Shown: in pieces, positions 19,777 to 29,523 of the stretch
Layout of the letters: each line of letters begins with the position of its first letter
How positions within the stretch are numbered: position 1 is the first letter of the stretch
Assembly: GCA_045107005.1 (NCBI GenBank)
Contig: JBGCFP010000101.1
Coordinates: 1,374-65,373 of the forward strand
Direction: 5' to 3'
DNA: 64,000 bases
Source of the DNA: Gammaproteobacteria bacterium
GTDB lineage: Bacteria > Pseudomonadota > Gammaproteobacteria > Steroidobacterales > JBCCMA01
The notes under the pieces: generated by a model
Database searches by the model: none
Seen by the model: the letters and a program-made list of their open reading frames with translations, nothing else
Told to the model about the DNA's origin: nothing
Translations under genes and position numbers: made by a program

Positions 19777-20970
19777 TTGCTCATGCATCGACTTATTCTG
19801 ACCGTTTTGGTTACCTTTTCCTTGCTCGGACTGTGTGCCGCTGCCAATGGCCAGGACAAAGCGCCAGACGCGCTGGCGTTCGACTCGGGCTTGCGCAAGC
19901 TGAAACAACGCGACGATCCGGAGGCCAAGCGCTGGCCACTCAGCAAACGCATGCAGTCTTACGGCACACCTGGGGTGGCAGTGGCAGTACTCAAAGCGAA
20001 TGGTGAGGTGGATGCACGCGGCTACGGTGTTCTCCAGGCAGGCAATGCCGACCCGGTCACCAAGGACACCGTATTTTCGGTGGGTTCGGTGAGCAAAATC
20101 GTAAACGCTGCGCTTGTGCTGCGTCTGGTGCAGGAGGGCACGCTGGATCTGGACGCCGATATCAATGGTTATCTCAAGCGCTGGCAAGTGCCAGCCAACG
20201 AATTCGCAAAGGCTGGCCCGGTAACGTTGCGCCATCTTCTGTCACACACCTCAGGTTTTAGCCAGCACGGTTTTGGCGACTTCAAGCCCGGCGCGAAGCT
20301 ACCATCGGCGCTGGACACGCTCAACGGCACTGGCCCTGCGACCCATCCGCCGGTGACGTTATTGTTCGAACCGGGCACCCAAATGAAATACTCGGGCGGC
20401 GGCATCACCGTGGCGCAGGTCATTGTTGAAGATGTCACCGACATGGACTACGAGGCGGCGGCACGAAAGTACGTGTTTGACCCGTTGGGCATGTCGCGCA
20501 GTACGTTTGTCAATCCGCTGCCCGAGCAGCACGGCAATATTGCCCGAGCTCACAACAAGCGCGGACGTCCCAGAGCCAAACCCCGCGGCTACGAAGCCAT
20601 GCCGGAAATGGCAGCGTCGGGACTGTGGGCCAGTGCTCAGGACCTCGGCGTTTTCCTGCGCGCACTGCTAAGCGATGAGGCTTTCCTGGAACCCGCTGTT
20701 CGTGCCGACATGTTCCGCCGCGAAGCCAATAGCTGGCACGGCCTGGGACCCAGAGTGAACGGCGACGATGCCGGTCACGTTATCCATCACGGCGGCGCCA
20801 ACGACAGCTACCGGGCCTGGCTTGAAGGGCACCCGGCGACGGGTGAAGGGCTGGTCATCCTCACCAATGGTGCGGACGGTCGCGAAATGGGTTACGAGAT
20901 TCGGATTGAGTTGGGCGCGGCGCTCGGCTGGCCGATTCGCTTTCCCAATGATTTTGGTGAGCCGCAGTAA
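19777..20970 (+). CDS. Serine hydrolase, beta-lactamase/transpeptidase-like family
   Basis: 397 aa with a signal peptide, the SxxK motif (SVSK in FSVGSVSKIV) and an HTSG block. Confidence 0.85.
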   Translation: MLMHRLILTVLVTFSLLGLCAAANGQDKAPDALAFDSGLRKLKQRDDPEAKRWPLSKRMQSYGTPGVAVAVLKANGEVDARGYGVLQAGNADPVTKDTVFSVGSVSKIVNAALVLRLVQEGTLDLDADINGYLKRWQVPANEFAKAGPVTLRHLLSHTSGFSQHGFGDFKPGAKLPSALDTLNGTGPATHPPVTLLFEPGTQMKYSGGGITVAQVIVEDVTDMDYEAAARKYVFDPLGMSRSTFVNPLPEQHGNIARAHNKRGRPRAKPRGYEAMPEMAASGLWASAQDLGVFLRALLSDEAFLEPAVRADMFRREANSWHGLGPRVNGDDAGHVIHHGGANDSYRAWLEGHPATGEGLVILTNGADGREMGYEIRIELGAALGWPIRFPNDFGEPQ

Positions 20971-21072
20971 TTACGCGTTAACGGGACACAAGCCGGCAAC
21001 CGCGCTGCGGTTTTCACAACCCATACGCCTGGTTGACCCGTTGCTACCCTATCCGCTCAGTGCCGCCGCCCG

Positions 21073-23835
21073 TCAGTGACGTGGCGGCGCATAGCTGGTC
21101 AGGTTGATGCCTTCCACCGCTGCGGTGTATTCCTGAATACTTGGCGTGCGACCAAGAATGGTTGAGAGCACAACCACGGGTGTGGACGCCAGCAACGACT
21201 CGCCTTTCTTCTCATCCGAGTCTTCGACGACCCGCCCCTGGAACAGACGCGTAGACGTGGCCATAACGGTGTCGCCTTTCTCCGCCTTCTCCTGGTTGCC
21301 CATGCACAGATTGCAGCCCGGTCGTTCGAGGTACATCATGTTTTCATAGGTCGCCCGTGCCGTATTCTTGGGCGCCGCGTCATCAAATTCGAACCCGGCG
21401 TATTTTTGTAGCACGTCCCAGTCGCCTTCCGCTTTGAGCTCGTCGACGATGTTGTAAGTCGGAGGCGCCACTACCAGCGGTGCTTTAAACTCGATCTGGC
21501 CGCCCTGCTTCTCCAGGTTCTGCAGCATCTGCGACAAAATTTTCATGTCGCCTTTGTGCACCATGCACGAACCGACAAATCCCAAATCGACTTTTTTCGT
21601 ACCACCGTAGTAGGAGATAGGGCGAATGGTATCGTGGGTATAGCGCTTGGACACGTCGTCGTTATTGACATCCGGATCGGCGATCATGGGCTCAACAATC
21701 TGGTCGAGGTCAACGACGAACTCGGCCGAGTATTTCGCATTGGCGTCGGGCGTAAGCGCAGGCTTGTCGCCCGAGCGAATCTCCGCGATGCGTTGGTTGG
21801 CTTTGTCGATCAGGCCCTGCAGGACCTGCTTGGCGTTATCCATGCCTTTGTCGATCATGATCTGGATTCGGCTCTTGGCCACTTCCAGAGACTCGATCAG
21901 CGTTTCGTCTTCAGAGATACAGATGGACGCTTTAGCTTTCATCTCGGCAGTCCAGTCGGTAAACGTAAACGCCTGGTCGGCCAGCAGCGTGCCGATGTGG
22001 ACTTCGATGATCTTGCCCTGAAACACGTTGTCACCAAACTGCTTGAGCATCTGCGCCTGCGTCGCGTGCACCACATCGCGAAAATCCATGTGGTCCTTGA
22101 GCGTGCCTTTGAACGTGACTTTCACCGACTCGGGGATCGGCATGGTGGCTTCGCTGGTTGCCAGTGCCAGTGCCACAGTGCCCGAATCCGCACCGAACGC
22201 GACGCCTTTTGACATTCGCGTATGCGAATCGCCACCGATAATCACCGCCCAATCGTCGACCACGATGTCGTTGAGCACTTTGTGGATCACGTCGGTCATG
22301 GCCGGGTAGCCGCCATCTGGATCACGCGCGGTGATCAGACCAAACTTGTTCATGAAACCCATCAGTCTTGGGATGTTGGTCTGTGCTTTTCTGTCCCAGA
22401 CTGAAGCAGTGTGACAGCCTGACTGATACGCGCCGTCGACGGACGGCGAGATCACCGTGGCCGCCATCATTTCCAACTCCTGCGACGTCATCAGGCCCGT
22501 GGTGTCCTGCGAACCGACGATGTTGACCGTGACGCGCACGTCGGATCCCGCGTGCAGCACTTTGCCCGGCGTTACACCCACCGCGTTGCGGTTGAAGATT
22601 TTCTCCACCGCCGTCAGGCCCTGACCTTCGTGCGAGATTTCGCGAGCTGGCGCATAGACCGCTGGTGGCTCAATGCCAAGTGCGGCCGCGGCGATCGTTT
22701 GCAGTTTTTTGCCAAACACCACGGCGTAGGAACCTTCCGCCCGGATGAACTCCACTTTTTGCGGCGTCAGTGCAGATGCGATGTCGCACAGCTCTTTGCT
22801 GCCGTCTTCGTTGTACAGCTTCTTCGTTGTAGTGTTGATCGTGAGTACCGTGCCCGTATCGACCGAGAAGAGCCGCTCGAGAACCGGTTCGTTGTCTTCG
22901 TCGAGCACCGTATTGCCATCGCTGTCGCGCTTCTTCGCCCAGTTTTTAAGATCGATGCCGATACCGCCGGTCACGCCAACCGTGGTCAGGAAAATGGGCG
23001 AGATGCCGTTGGTGCCGCCGACGATGGGGGCGATGTTAATGAAGGGGACATAGGGGCTGGCCTGCATGCCGGTCCACAGCGCCACGTTGTTCACGCCGGA
23101 CATACGCGAAGAACCCACCCCCATGGTGCCTTTGTCGGCCACGAGCATCACGCGCTTGTCGGGATGCTGCGCCTGCAGCTCGCGAATCTTTGCCTGCGCC
23201 GTCGGATCGATCAGGCACTTGCCGTGCAGCTCGCGATCTGACCGAGAGTGCGCCTGATTCCCCGGCGACAGCAGATCGGTGGACACATCGCCAATGGCAG
23301 CCACGTAGGTGACGACCTGGATTTGTTCATCAACGTCCGGAAGCTTGGTGAAAAAGTCGGCGTTGGCGTAGCTTTGCAGAATACCGGTCGCGATGGCGTT
23401 GCCCGCCTTGTGCGCCGCCTCAAGTCGATCCGTGTCCGCTTCGTACAAGAAGACCTGGGTTTTGAGCACTTCGGCCGCTTGGGTTGCGATGGCGGCGCTA
23501 TCACCCAACGCCAGATCGAGCAGAACCTCGACCGACGGCCCACCTTTCATGTGCGACAGAAGCTCAAACGCGAAGTCCGGCGTGATTTCCTCGACCGTCA
23601 CATCGCCCTGGATGATCTGCTTGAGGAACTGCGCTTTCACGCCAGCGGCACTGGTGGTGCCCGGCAAGGTGTTGTAAATGAAGAATTTGAGCGAATCCGC
23701 TCTGTGCTCGTGACCCGCGTCCTTAATCTGCTCGATCAGTTCAACGACCAGCGCCGCATCGTCGATCGGCTTTGGGTGCAGACCCTGCTCTTTGCGGGCA
23801 TCGATTTCATTCAAGTAATCTTTATACAAGCTCAT
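21073..23835 (-). CDS. acnB: Aconitate hydratase B (bifunctional aconitase 2 / 2-methylisocitrate dehydratase)
   Basis: 920 aa. It has the AcnB-type N-terminal HEAT-like domain (MSLYKDYLNEIDARKEQGLHPKPIDD...), IGGDSHTRM and VGSCMVHKGD cluster-ligand blocks. Confidence 0.95.
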   Translation of the reverse strand: MSLYKDYLNEIDARKEQGLHPKPIDDAALVVELIEQIKDAGHEHRADSLKFFIYNTLPGTTSAAGVKAQFLKQIIQGDVTVEEITPDFAFELLSHMKGGPSVEVLLDLALGDSAAIATQAAEVLKTQVFLYEADTDRLEAAHKAGNAIATGILQSYANADFFTKLPDVDEQIQVVTYVAAIGDVSTDLLSPGNQAHSRSDRELHGKCLIDPTAQAKIRELQAQHPDKRVMLVADKGTMGVGSSRMSGVNNVALWTGMQASPYVPFINIAPIVGGTNGISPIFLTTVGVTGGIGIDLKNWAKKRDSDGNTVLDEDNEPVLERLFSVDTGTVLTINTTTKKLYNEDGSKELCDIASALTPQKVEFIRAEGSYAVVFGKKLQTIAAAALGIEPPAVYAPAREISHEGQGLTAVEKIFNRNAVGVTPGKVLHAGSDVRVTVNIVGSQDTTGLMTSQELEMMAATVISPSVDGAYQSGCHTASVWDRKAQTNIPRLMGFMNKFGLITARDPDGGYPAMTDVIHKVLNDIVVDDWAVIIGGDSHTRMSKGVAFGADSGTVALALATSEATMPIPESVKVTFKGTLKDHMDFRDVVHATQAQMLKQFGDNVFQGKIIEVHIGTLLADQAFTFTDWTAEMKAKASICISEDETLIESLEVAKSRIQIMIDKGMDNAKQVLQGLIDKANQRIAEIRSGDKPALTPDANAKYSAEFVVDLDQIVEPMIADPDVNNDDVSKRYTHDTIRPISYYGGTKKVDLGFVGSCMVHKGDMKILSQMLQNLEKQGGQIEFKAPLVVAPPTYNIVDELKAEGDWDVLQKYAGFEFDDAAPKNTARATYENMMYLERPGCNLCMGNQEKAEKGDTVMATSTRLFQGRVVEDSDEKKGESLLASTPVVVLSTILGRTPSIQEYTAAVEGINLTSYAPPRH

Positions 23836-24057
23836 GTTTTTCCAAAAATAGTCGTGATTATGGAAGCCGCGCGCACCGGGTATCCGTTACCGGGCAAGGC
23901 ATGCTCAGCGCTCAGTACCGGAGTATATCAGGCTCGCTTTGCCCGCACGCCGCCGGCTAATGATAGCCGGGGCATAACAGGTCGAAATGGCGAAGGTGGG
24001 GCAGAAAATCCGAAACGACTATTTTCCGGGCCAGCGCTGGTCTGACCCCGAGCTTGA

Positions 24058-24103
24058 GGACCTTCGGGCAGAAGATCGAGACGATCTTTCTGCCCGAAGG
24101 TCC
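24058..24103 (-). terminator. Long perfect hairpin directly after the stop of 24107..25327 (no U-tract)
   Basis: ggaccttcgggcagaa (24058-24073) pairs with ttctgcccgaaggtcc (24088-24103). An inner pair gatcg/cgatc extends the stem. No T-run follows on the minus strand, so terminator function is uncertain. Confidence 0.4.
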
Positions 24104-24106
24104 GGT

Positions 24107-25327
24107 TTAGTTTTCCCAGGTTGTGTAGCCAATAGTGAGCAGCGTTGAGCTCACGACGGTATCGCCGTTGGCGCCGATCACGCTGAATTTAGCGAGGCGG
24201 CCTTCGTCGGTGGTCAGACACAGCCACGAACCCACCTCCAGATCATTGAAGGAAACACTTGTCTCTGACAGCGTCACGGTCTCACAGTCGAGTAACGTTG
24301 GCTCGGTCGTACCGTACAGCGCAATACGCGCACCGTTAAGTGGCCTGAAGAACTTCACGGTCGACGTCTGCGCCTGATAGAAGACGTCGGAAGGCGGGGC
24401 CAGAAGCCCTTGGGCGACAAAGTCATCCAAATCGAACGACCAGGTCTGGCTCAACATGAACTCTCCGCTGTCACGAACGGGAACGCTGCAGATATTGGTT
24501 GCGCTGCCCGGACCGGGCTCGCTGAAGAACGCCGCACGCATGATGCCCAGGTCCACGATGTTGACGGCGCCGTCGCCGTCGAAATCTGCGTCCGGGTCCG
24601 CGCTGAAAAAGCGCGAGCGAAGAATGCCCAAATCCGCGACGTTTACGATGCAATCGTTATTGAGGTCAGCATCGCAAGCGTTGCCAAAGCCGTCGCCATC
24701 GCTGTCTGTCTGGTCTGGGTTAGACACCTCGGCGCAGTTGTCCACGCCCACGTCGACACCGTCGCCATCGAGATCAGCGGTCGAGAAACCCTCCACCACG
24801 ACACGATACTCGCGTTGTTCGAAATCGAACCATCCAAACTGATTGCCACCCATGAAACGCGTTTCCGGGAAGGCCACATTGTTCCTTCTGAGGTTAGCGT
24901 TTTGCCCGTTAGCGCCAAACGCGCCAACGCCAAGCACAATGGCATAGTCGCCGGCGGGCAGTATTACGTCGACGGGCACTAGCGTATCGCTACTGGTATT
25001 GCTGGACGAGAAAACGGCGTGGACCACCGCAACTTCTTCAACGCTGCCCGTTGGCAGTGGGGTCGGCGACGGTAGTGGCACGATGGCCGCAAACATATCG
25101 CCGGTGGACGTCACAATGCCGCCGACGGCGGTTATTTGCATTTCGGTGGACAATGAAAATCGGACGCCTGCCATGCCTCCCTCACTACCCTGCAATTGCA
25201 GGAAGCCGCTCGGAGGGGTTCCACGCTCCGCGGACTCAAACAAGATATCGGCGCTGACCCCGTGGGTAACCGCCATAGCCGTGATTGCAAGGAGGGCGTG
25301 CCTCAAAAGGCGTGGTGTGGTGATCAT
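24107..25327 (-). CDS. Secreted protein with an internal TSP3 + dockerin-like cassette
   Basis: 406 aa with a signal peptide. The cassette is DLDGDGVDVGVDNCAEVSNPDQTDSDGDGFGNACDADLNNDCIVNVADLGILRSRFFSADPDADFDGDGAVNIVDLGIMRAAFFSEPGPGS (24503-24775). I do not recognise either flanking domain. Confidence 0.85.
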   Translation of the reverse strand: MITTPRLLRHALLAITAMAVTHGVSADILFESAERGTPPSGFLQLQGSEGGMAGVRFSLSTEMQITAVGGIVTSTGDMFAAIVPLPSPTPLPTGSVEEVAVVHAVFSSSNTSSDTLVPVDVILPAGDYAIVLGVGAFGANGQNANLRRNNVAFPETRFMGGNQFGWFDFEQREYRVVVEGFSTADLDGDGVDVGVDNCAEVSNPDQTDSDGDGFGNACDADLNNDCIVNVADLGILRSRFFSADPDADFDGDGAVNIVDLGIMRAAFFSEPGPGSATNICSVPVRDSGEFMLSQTWSFDLDDFVAQGLLAPPSDVFYQAQTSTVKFFRPLNGARIALYGTTEPTLLDCETVTLSETSVSFNDLEVGSWLCLTTDEGRLAKFSVIGANGDTVVSSTLLTIGYTTWEN

Positions 25328-25431
25328 GATTATTGCCTATGTGGGTGGACATTTTTGGTCTCTACATACACGCGTAAGGAAACGCGTGAAATTCCCCCAT
25401 AGAATATTTTGCTTTTTTCAGGATCTTCGGT

Positions 25432-25546
25432 TCAGGGCATGAGCCCGCTCGGGCCGGGTGGCAAAAGAACGGCTGACGCAAGAGCCCCAGGTCAACAGTG
25501 TTGACCAAGCCGTCGTCGCACAGATTGCCGAAGCCATCTTGGTTAT
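25432..25546 (-). pseudogene. Relic of a TSP3/dockerin-like cassette (frameshifted)
   Basis: The translation reads NQDGFGNLCDDGLVNTVDLGLLRQPFF. A +1 shift then gives LPPGPSGLMP-stop, the usual cassette ending. No N-terminal domain and no start codon are present. Confidence 0.5.
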
Positions 25547-25552
25547 GTCGCG

Positions 25553-25975
25553 TTAGAATTCTCGCATCCAGATACCGAGCATCCTGACACTCATCGCAAC
25601 GACCGCAATACTGAGCACGACGAAAATGAGCGCCAGAAGGTGATAGGCACCCCTTTTCAGTCGGATTTTCACCCGCGCAAAAAAGCGGGTGCCAGCAGCC
25701 GGTTTTTCCGGGATGACGGCAAAGCCCGATACGAGAACGAAGAACAGAGACGTCCAAAGTACACCCACCACACTTGGCATGAGGAAGACATCGCCATCCA
25801 TCCCGCCAGGTGCGAAAACGCTCACAACGAAAAGCGCCAGGAAAAGAACACCAATGATCGCCACCAAGGGTTTTGACCAACTCAATCTGCGAGCAATGGA
25901 TGCCAGTCTTTCTAGCACTCTATCAACAAGCCTCGCATCAACCCGGTCGCGGCTCACGCGCGACCGGCGGAACAT
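25553..25975 (-). CDS. Small hypothetical membrane protein
   Basis: 140 aa with three hydrophobic helices. It is co-directional with, and overlaps by 38 nt, the end of the oxidoreductase gene. Confidence 0.5.
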   Translation of the reverse strand: MFRRSRVSRDRVDARLVDRVLERLASIARRLSWSKPLVAIIGVLFLALFVVSVFAPGGMDGDVFLMPSVVGVLWTSLFFVLVSGFAVIPEKPAAGTRFFARVKIRLKRGAYHLLALIFVVLSIAVVAMSVRMLGIWMREF

Positions 25976-27191
25976 AGTCCGACAGGTCTTCCTCGGCCAC
26001 TTTGACCGTTTGGCCCAATTCCGCTGAGCGGTAAAGCGCCATCAACGTTCGCACCACGTCAGCACCATCATCAAACGTGAGGTCCGGCGCTCTACCCGCG
26101 AGGAAGCGTTGCACCATGTGCCGGTTCTCAGCCACGTATCCGTACAGATGCGGCTCGTCTTCGGCAATGGGCATCAACCCTTGCTCCGAGTTTTGCTTTT
26201 CGACTAAGTCCTCGCCCTGCTCGCCGGTGACGTTACGCGACAGGAACACGCTGACTCGGTGTTGCAGCGAATCGAACTGCATGGCGTATTCGGGGCCCTG
26301 CAACTCAAGCGCAATGCGCAATCCGGCGCCAACGAAACTCCAGGACGTGCTGACCTCAACGATCAGGCGTTGACCGTCCGGGTCGTCATACTCGAGCGTA
26401 CCGCGTGCGAAATCCTCTGCCGGGAATTGGCGGTAGTCGTAGCCGATGCCCATGTTTTCTCGTAGCTCACGGGCATAGCGTGGCTGGGTCCACTTCAAGT
26501 TAGCGACCGTGGCGTTAGCGCTGACCAGCGTCAGCGCACTGCGCGGTTCGTCCGGTCCGGTGAGCAAATACCGACCCACTTCAACGCTGTGACACATCAT
26601 GTCAGACAGTACGCCGCCGCCCTGCAGATGACCGTCCCAGAACCACGGTTCGTGTGGGCCACCGTGTTCCTCTGCCGCGCGTGCCAGGTACGGCCGCCCG
26701 GCCGACGGAACACCGCGTCGCCAGATCACATCCTTGCCTCGGGTAACCGCCGGGGCAAAGACCTGGTTTTCCAGATACCCGTGCAGCAGACCACTGGCTT
26801 TCACTTTGTCGAGGATCCGCTGTGCCTCGGACACCGAACGCGCCAGCGGTTTTTCGCAAGCCAGTGCCTTGATGCTCGAATCGCCAGCGGCGACGGCGTC
26901 CACGATCTGGTCAATCATCGCGACGCGCGTGTGATTTGGGGCCAGAACCCAAACGGCATCGAGGCCGGGTGCCTGCAACAAGGCATCGAGCGAGTCGTAG
27001 GCGACACACGGGCCGAGGCCAGCGGCTTTCGCCATGGTCGCGAGATGTTCCCGGTGGGCCGGTGTGGGACTGAATACGCCAATCAGATCAACATCCCGCA
27101 CCGACTCCAGCGCCGACAGATGAAACTGCGCAATCAGACCACTGCCGATAAACCCGATGCGCAGCCGTGGCGTCGATGCCAGCTCAGTCAT
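25938..27191 (-). CDS. Gfo/Idh/MocA family NAD(P)-dependent oxidoreductase
   Basis: 417 aa. The N-terminal Rossmann motif is RIGFIGSGLIAQFHL, followed by the EKP block (ACEKPLA). Confidence 0.9.
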   Translation of the reverse strand: MTELASTPRLRIGFIGSGLIAQFHLSALESVRDVDLIGVFSPTPAHREHLATMAKAAGLGPCVAYDSLDALLQAPGLDAVWVLAPNHTRVAMIDQIVDAVAAGDSSIKALACEKPLARSVSEAQRILDKVKASGLLHGYLENQVFAPAVTRGKDVIWRRGVPSAGRPYLARAAEEHGGPHEPWFWDGHLQGGGVLSDMMCHSVEVGRYLLTGPDEPRSALTLVSANATVANLKWTQPRYARELRENMGIGYDYRQFPAEDFARGTLEYDDPDGQRLIVEVSTSWSFVGAGLRIALELQGPEYAMQFDSLQHRVSVFLSRNVTGEQGEDLVEKQNSEQGLMPIAEDEPHLYGYVAENRHMVQRFLAGRAPDLTFDDGADVVRTLMALYRSAELGQTVKVAEEDLSDYVPPVAREPRPG

Positions 27192-28414
27192 GGCAACGCC
27201 TCGTCGCGAGCCGGCGATTTAAACGTGAACAGAAAGACCAGCAGCACAAACAGCGCCATGGCCGCCGGCATGAGCCAGATCGAAGACCAGTCTTTTACGC
27301 CGTCCGCAGATGTCCACAGGCTGACGACGCGACCGGAGACCAAACTGCCGATGAACATGCCAAGGCCGTAGGTGCCCAGCGTCATCAGCGACTGCACCGA
27401 ATTTCGCAGCGCCGGCGGGGAACGTTGATCCGCGTACATCTGACCGGCAACGAAAAAGAAATCGTAGCAGATACCGTGCAGCACGATGCCGGCGTAGAGC
27501 ATCCAGACGCGCCCCGGATCCAGATCGCCCCACGCAAACATCGCGTAACGCGCAACCCAGGCAAACATGCCCGCCGCAATCATCCATTTGATGCCCATGC
27601 GTCGGAACAGCCACGGCATCAGCAGCATGAACAGCACTTCCGAGCCTTGCCCCAACGTCATCTTGCCCGCCGCATTGCTCATGCCCAGTTCATTAAGGAA
27701 CAGATTCGTGAAGTTGTAATAGAACGACAGCGGAATACTGATCAGCACCGAACAAACGAACAACACGAGGAAAGAGCGCTCGCGAAACACCACGAAGGCA
27801 TCGAATCCCAACAGCTGTGCCACCGAGGTTTTCTGCCCGACCGACGGCGCGGGCGTGTGCGGCAGCCACAACGCAAACAGACCGAGCGCCGCTGAGGCAC
27901 CGGCCGCGATGAGCAGCGGTGTGTTCAGCGCCTCAATCCCGAGAAACCCAACCAGCAAACCGGCGACGATCCAACCGATGGTGCCAAGCACACGCACCAG
28001 CGGAAACTCTCGATCCGGCTCGTGCAGATGACGAAACGCAATGCCGTTGGCAAGCGCCAGGGTCGGCATGTAACACAGCGCGTAGATCAGCATGACGACA
28101 TACAGCGCGCCGAACGTGTCCATTTTGCTCGCCACCACGAGCAGCGCCGCGCCGACAAAGTGCAGCACGGCAAACAGGCGTTGCGACGCAAAAAAACGAT
28201 CCGCAATCATGCCGACAAACAACGGCGAGACGATCGCAGCGATGGCCGTCGTGCCGTACACCAGACCGATCTGCACGCCTTCAAACTGAAGTGTTGAGCC
28301 GAGGTAGGTACCCAGTGTCACAACCCAGGCGCCCCAGATGAAAAACTGCAGGAACATCATCAGCGCGAGGCGGCGTGTTGGGGAAGGTTCTGTTGCCAAA
28401 GTTTGGGTGGTCAA
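27188..28414 (-). CDS. MFS transporter, nucleoside:H+ symporter (NHS) family
   Basis: 408 aa, 12 TM. MMFLQFFIWGAWVVTLGTYL...GLVYGTTAIAAIVSPLFVGMIADRF parallels the NupG/XapB N-terminus. It overlaps the downstream oxidoreductase gene by 4 nt. Confidence 0.9.
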   Translation of the reverse strand: MTTQTLATEPSPTRRLALMMFLQFFIWGAWVVTLGTYLGSTLQFEGVQIGLVYGTTAIAAIVSPLFVGMIADRFFASQRLFAVLHFVGAALLVVASKMDTFGALYVVMLIYALCYMPTLALANGIAFRHLHEPDREFPLVRVLGTIGWIVAGLLVGFLGIEALNTPLLIAAGASAALGLFALWLPHTPAPSVGQKTSVAQLLGFDAFVVFRERSFLVLFVCSVLISIPLSFYYNFTNLFLNELGMSNAAGKMTLGQGSEVLFMLLMPWLFRRMGIKWMIAAGMFAWVARYAMFAWGDLDPGRVWMLYAGIVLHGICYDFFFVAGQMYADQRSPPALRNSVQSLMTLGTYGLGMFIGSLVSGRVVSLWTSADGVKDWSSIWLMPAAMALFVLLVFLFTFKSPARDEALP

Positions 28415-28472
28415 AGTCTGATCTCCTGGTGTGCCAGGTTATTGGTGAAATTGAAGCGACAAACCGTCAGCG

Positions 28473-29390
28473 CTAGTCAACAAGCTTGCCCTTGCGAATA
28501 GAGAAATCGGCGAAACGCGCCTTTTCTTCGTCCGCCCGCAAACTGGCCTTGTCCCCGACGGATCGATAGATGCCCCATTTTGGCCGCGAAAAATCACCGC
28601 GCCCTTCCCCTCGCCACATGTCGATTCCGACTTGCTCGATATCAATCAACACTTCGCCTGTTTCGAAGTTCGTCGCTTTCACGATCAGGTGTCCCTCATC
28701 GTGAAACGTGATTTGCACAAAGAACTCGATCCAGTACCCGGTGAAGAGCGCCATGTCCTTTTGCACGAGGTTTGAAAACTTGATGCGCTTGCCATCGGCG
28801 TCAAGGCTTGGACTGTGGCGCACCTGAAACCCATTGCCGCGCCGACCGCCATCAACCCCCGTGAACGTCAGCACCGGGAATTTGTCGCTGTCTTTCGGTT
28901 TACGCCTGCCTCGCTCGTTTCGAGCTTTTATCTGGAAAAAATGGGTAAATCGCTTTGAGAATTCGAAGCCACTATCGATTTTGAATTTCCAACGGTACTG
29001 GAGCGTGTCGTTTTCAAAGGCCTTGAGATCGGTTTTCGATTTATCGTAGACCTTGATTTCATTGCGCTGACGATCGGTCAACGCTTTGTCCCGATCCCGG
29101 TCGGCCTCCAGATGAGAGAGAAACACGAAATGCGGCCCCACCACGTCGTCTTTGTCTTCGATGATGTGTTGAACATCGCGATGATTGGGTCGATACAGAT
29201 CGGGCGATTCAATCGCGCGCGGGCCGAACGCTTTTCGGATCAGCGCATAGCTGTCCTGCCCATGATCGGGCCCGTCGGCGCGGAGTTGATGGTGATGTTC
29301 TTCAACGAATGTCGCCGCGAACGCCGGTGCACCAAGCGAAACCATCCACGCACAAGGGACGGCAGCGGACCAGTGGCGTATTTTTTTCAT
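28473..29390 (-). CDS. Secreted protein, possibly a concanavalin-like/polysaccharide-lyase-like fold
   Basis: 305 aa with a signal peptide. The spaced motifs RNEIKVY, FFQIK and KWGIYR resemble the catalytic strands of jelly-roll polysaccharide lyases. The functional call is weak. Confidence 0.7.
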   Translation of the reverse strand: MKKIRHWSAAVPCAWMVSLGAPAFAATFVEEHHHQLRADGPDHGQDSYALIRKAFGPRAIESPDLYRPNHRDVQHIIEDKDDVVGPHFVFLSHLEADRDRDKALTDRQRNEIKVYDKSKTDLKAFENDTLQYRWKFKIDSGFEFSKRFTHFFQIKARNERGRRKPKDSDKFPVLTFTGVDGGRRGNGFQVRHSPSLDADGKRIKFSNLVQKDMALFTGYWIEFFVQITFHDEGHLIVKATNFETGEVLIDIEQVGIDMWRGEGRGDFSRPKWGIYRSVGDKASLRADEEKARFADFSIRKGKLVD

Positions 29391-29523
29391 GCGCCAAGTT
29401 AGCAGCGCATGCGAAAGCGGGTCAATCTAATTGGGCGTGTTGCACGGGTTTGAGAATGCAAGAAGCGACCACCCCAGCGCACTGCGCGGGACTGGTCGCG
29501 AGGCTCGATAGAACCGGCGAGTG

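Noticed and set aside
21556-24045. Plus-strand ORFs 21556..22212, 22552..23241 and 23248..24045.
   Set aside because: All are antisense to acnB, which is unambiguous. Their compositions are typical of shadow ORFs.
26589-27895. Plus-strand ORFs 26589..27371 (260 aa) and 27167..27895 (242 aa).
   Set aside because: They are antisense to the Gfo/Idh/MocA and MFS genes. They are His/Arg/Gln-rich with no motifs.
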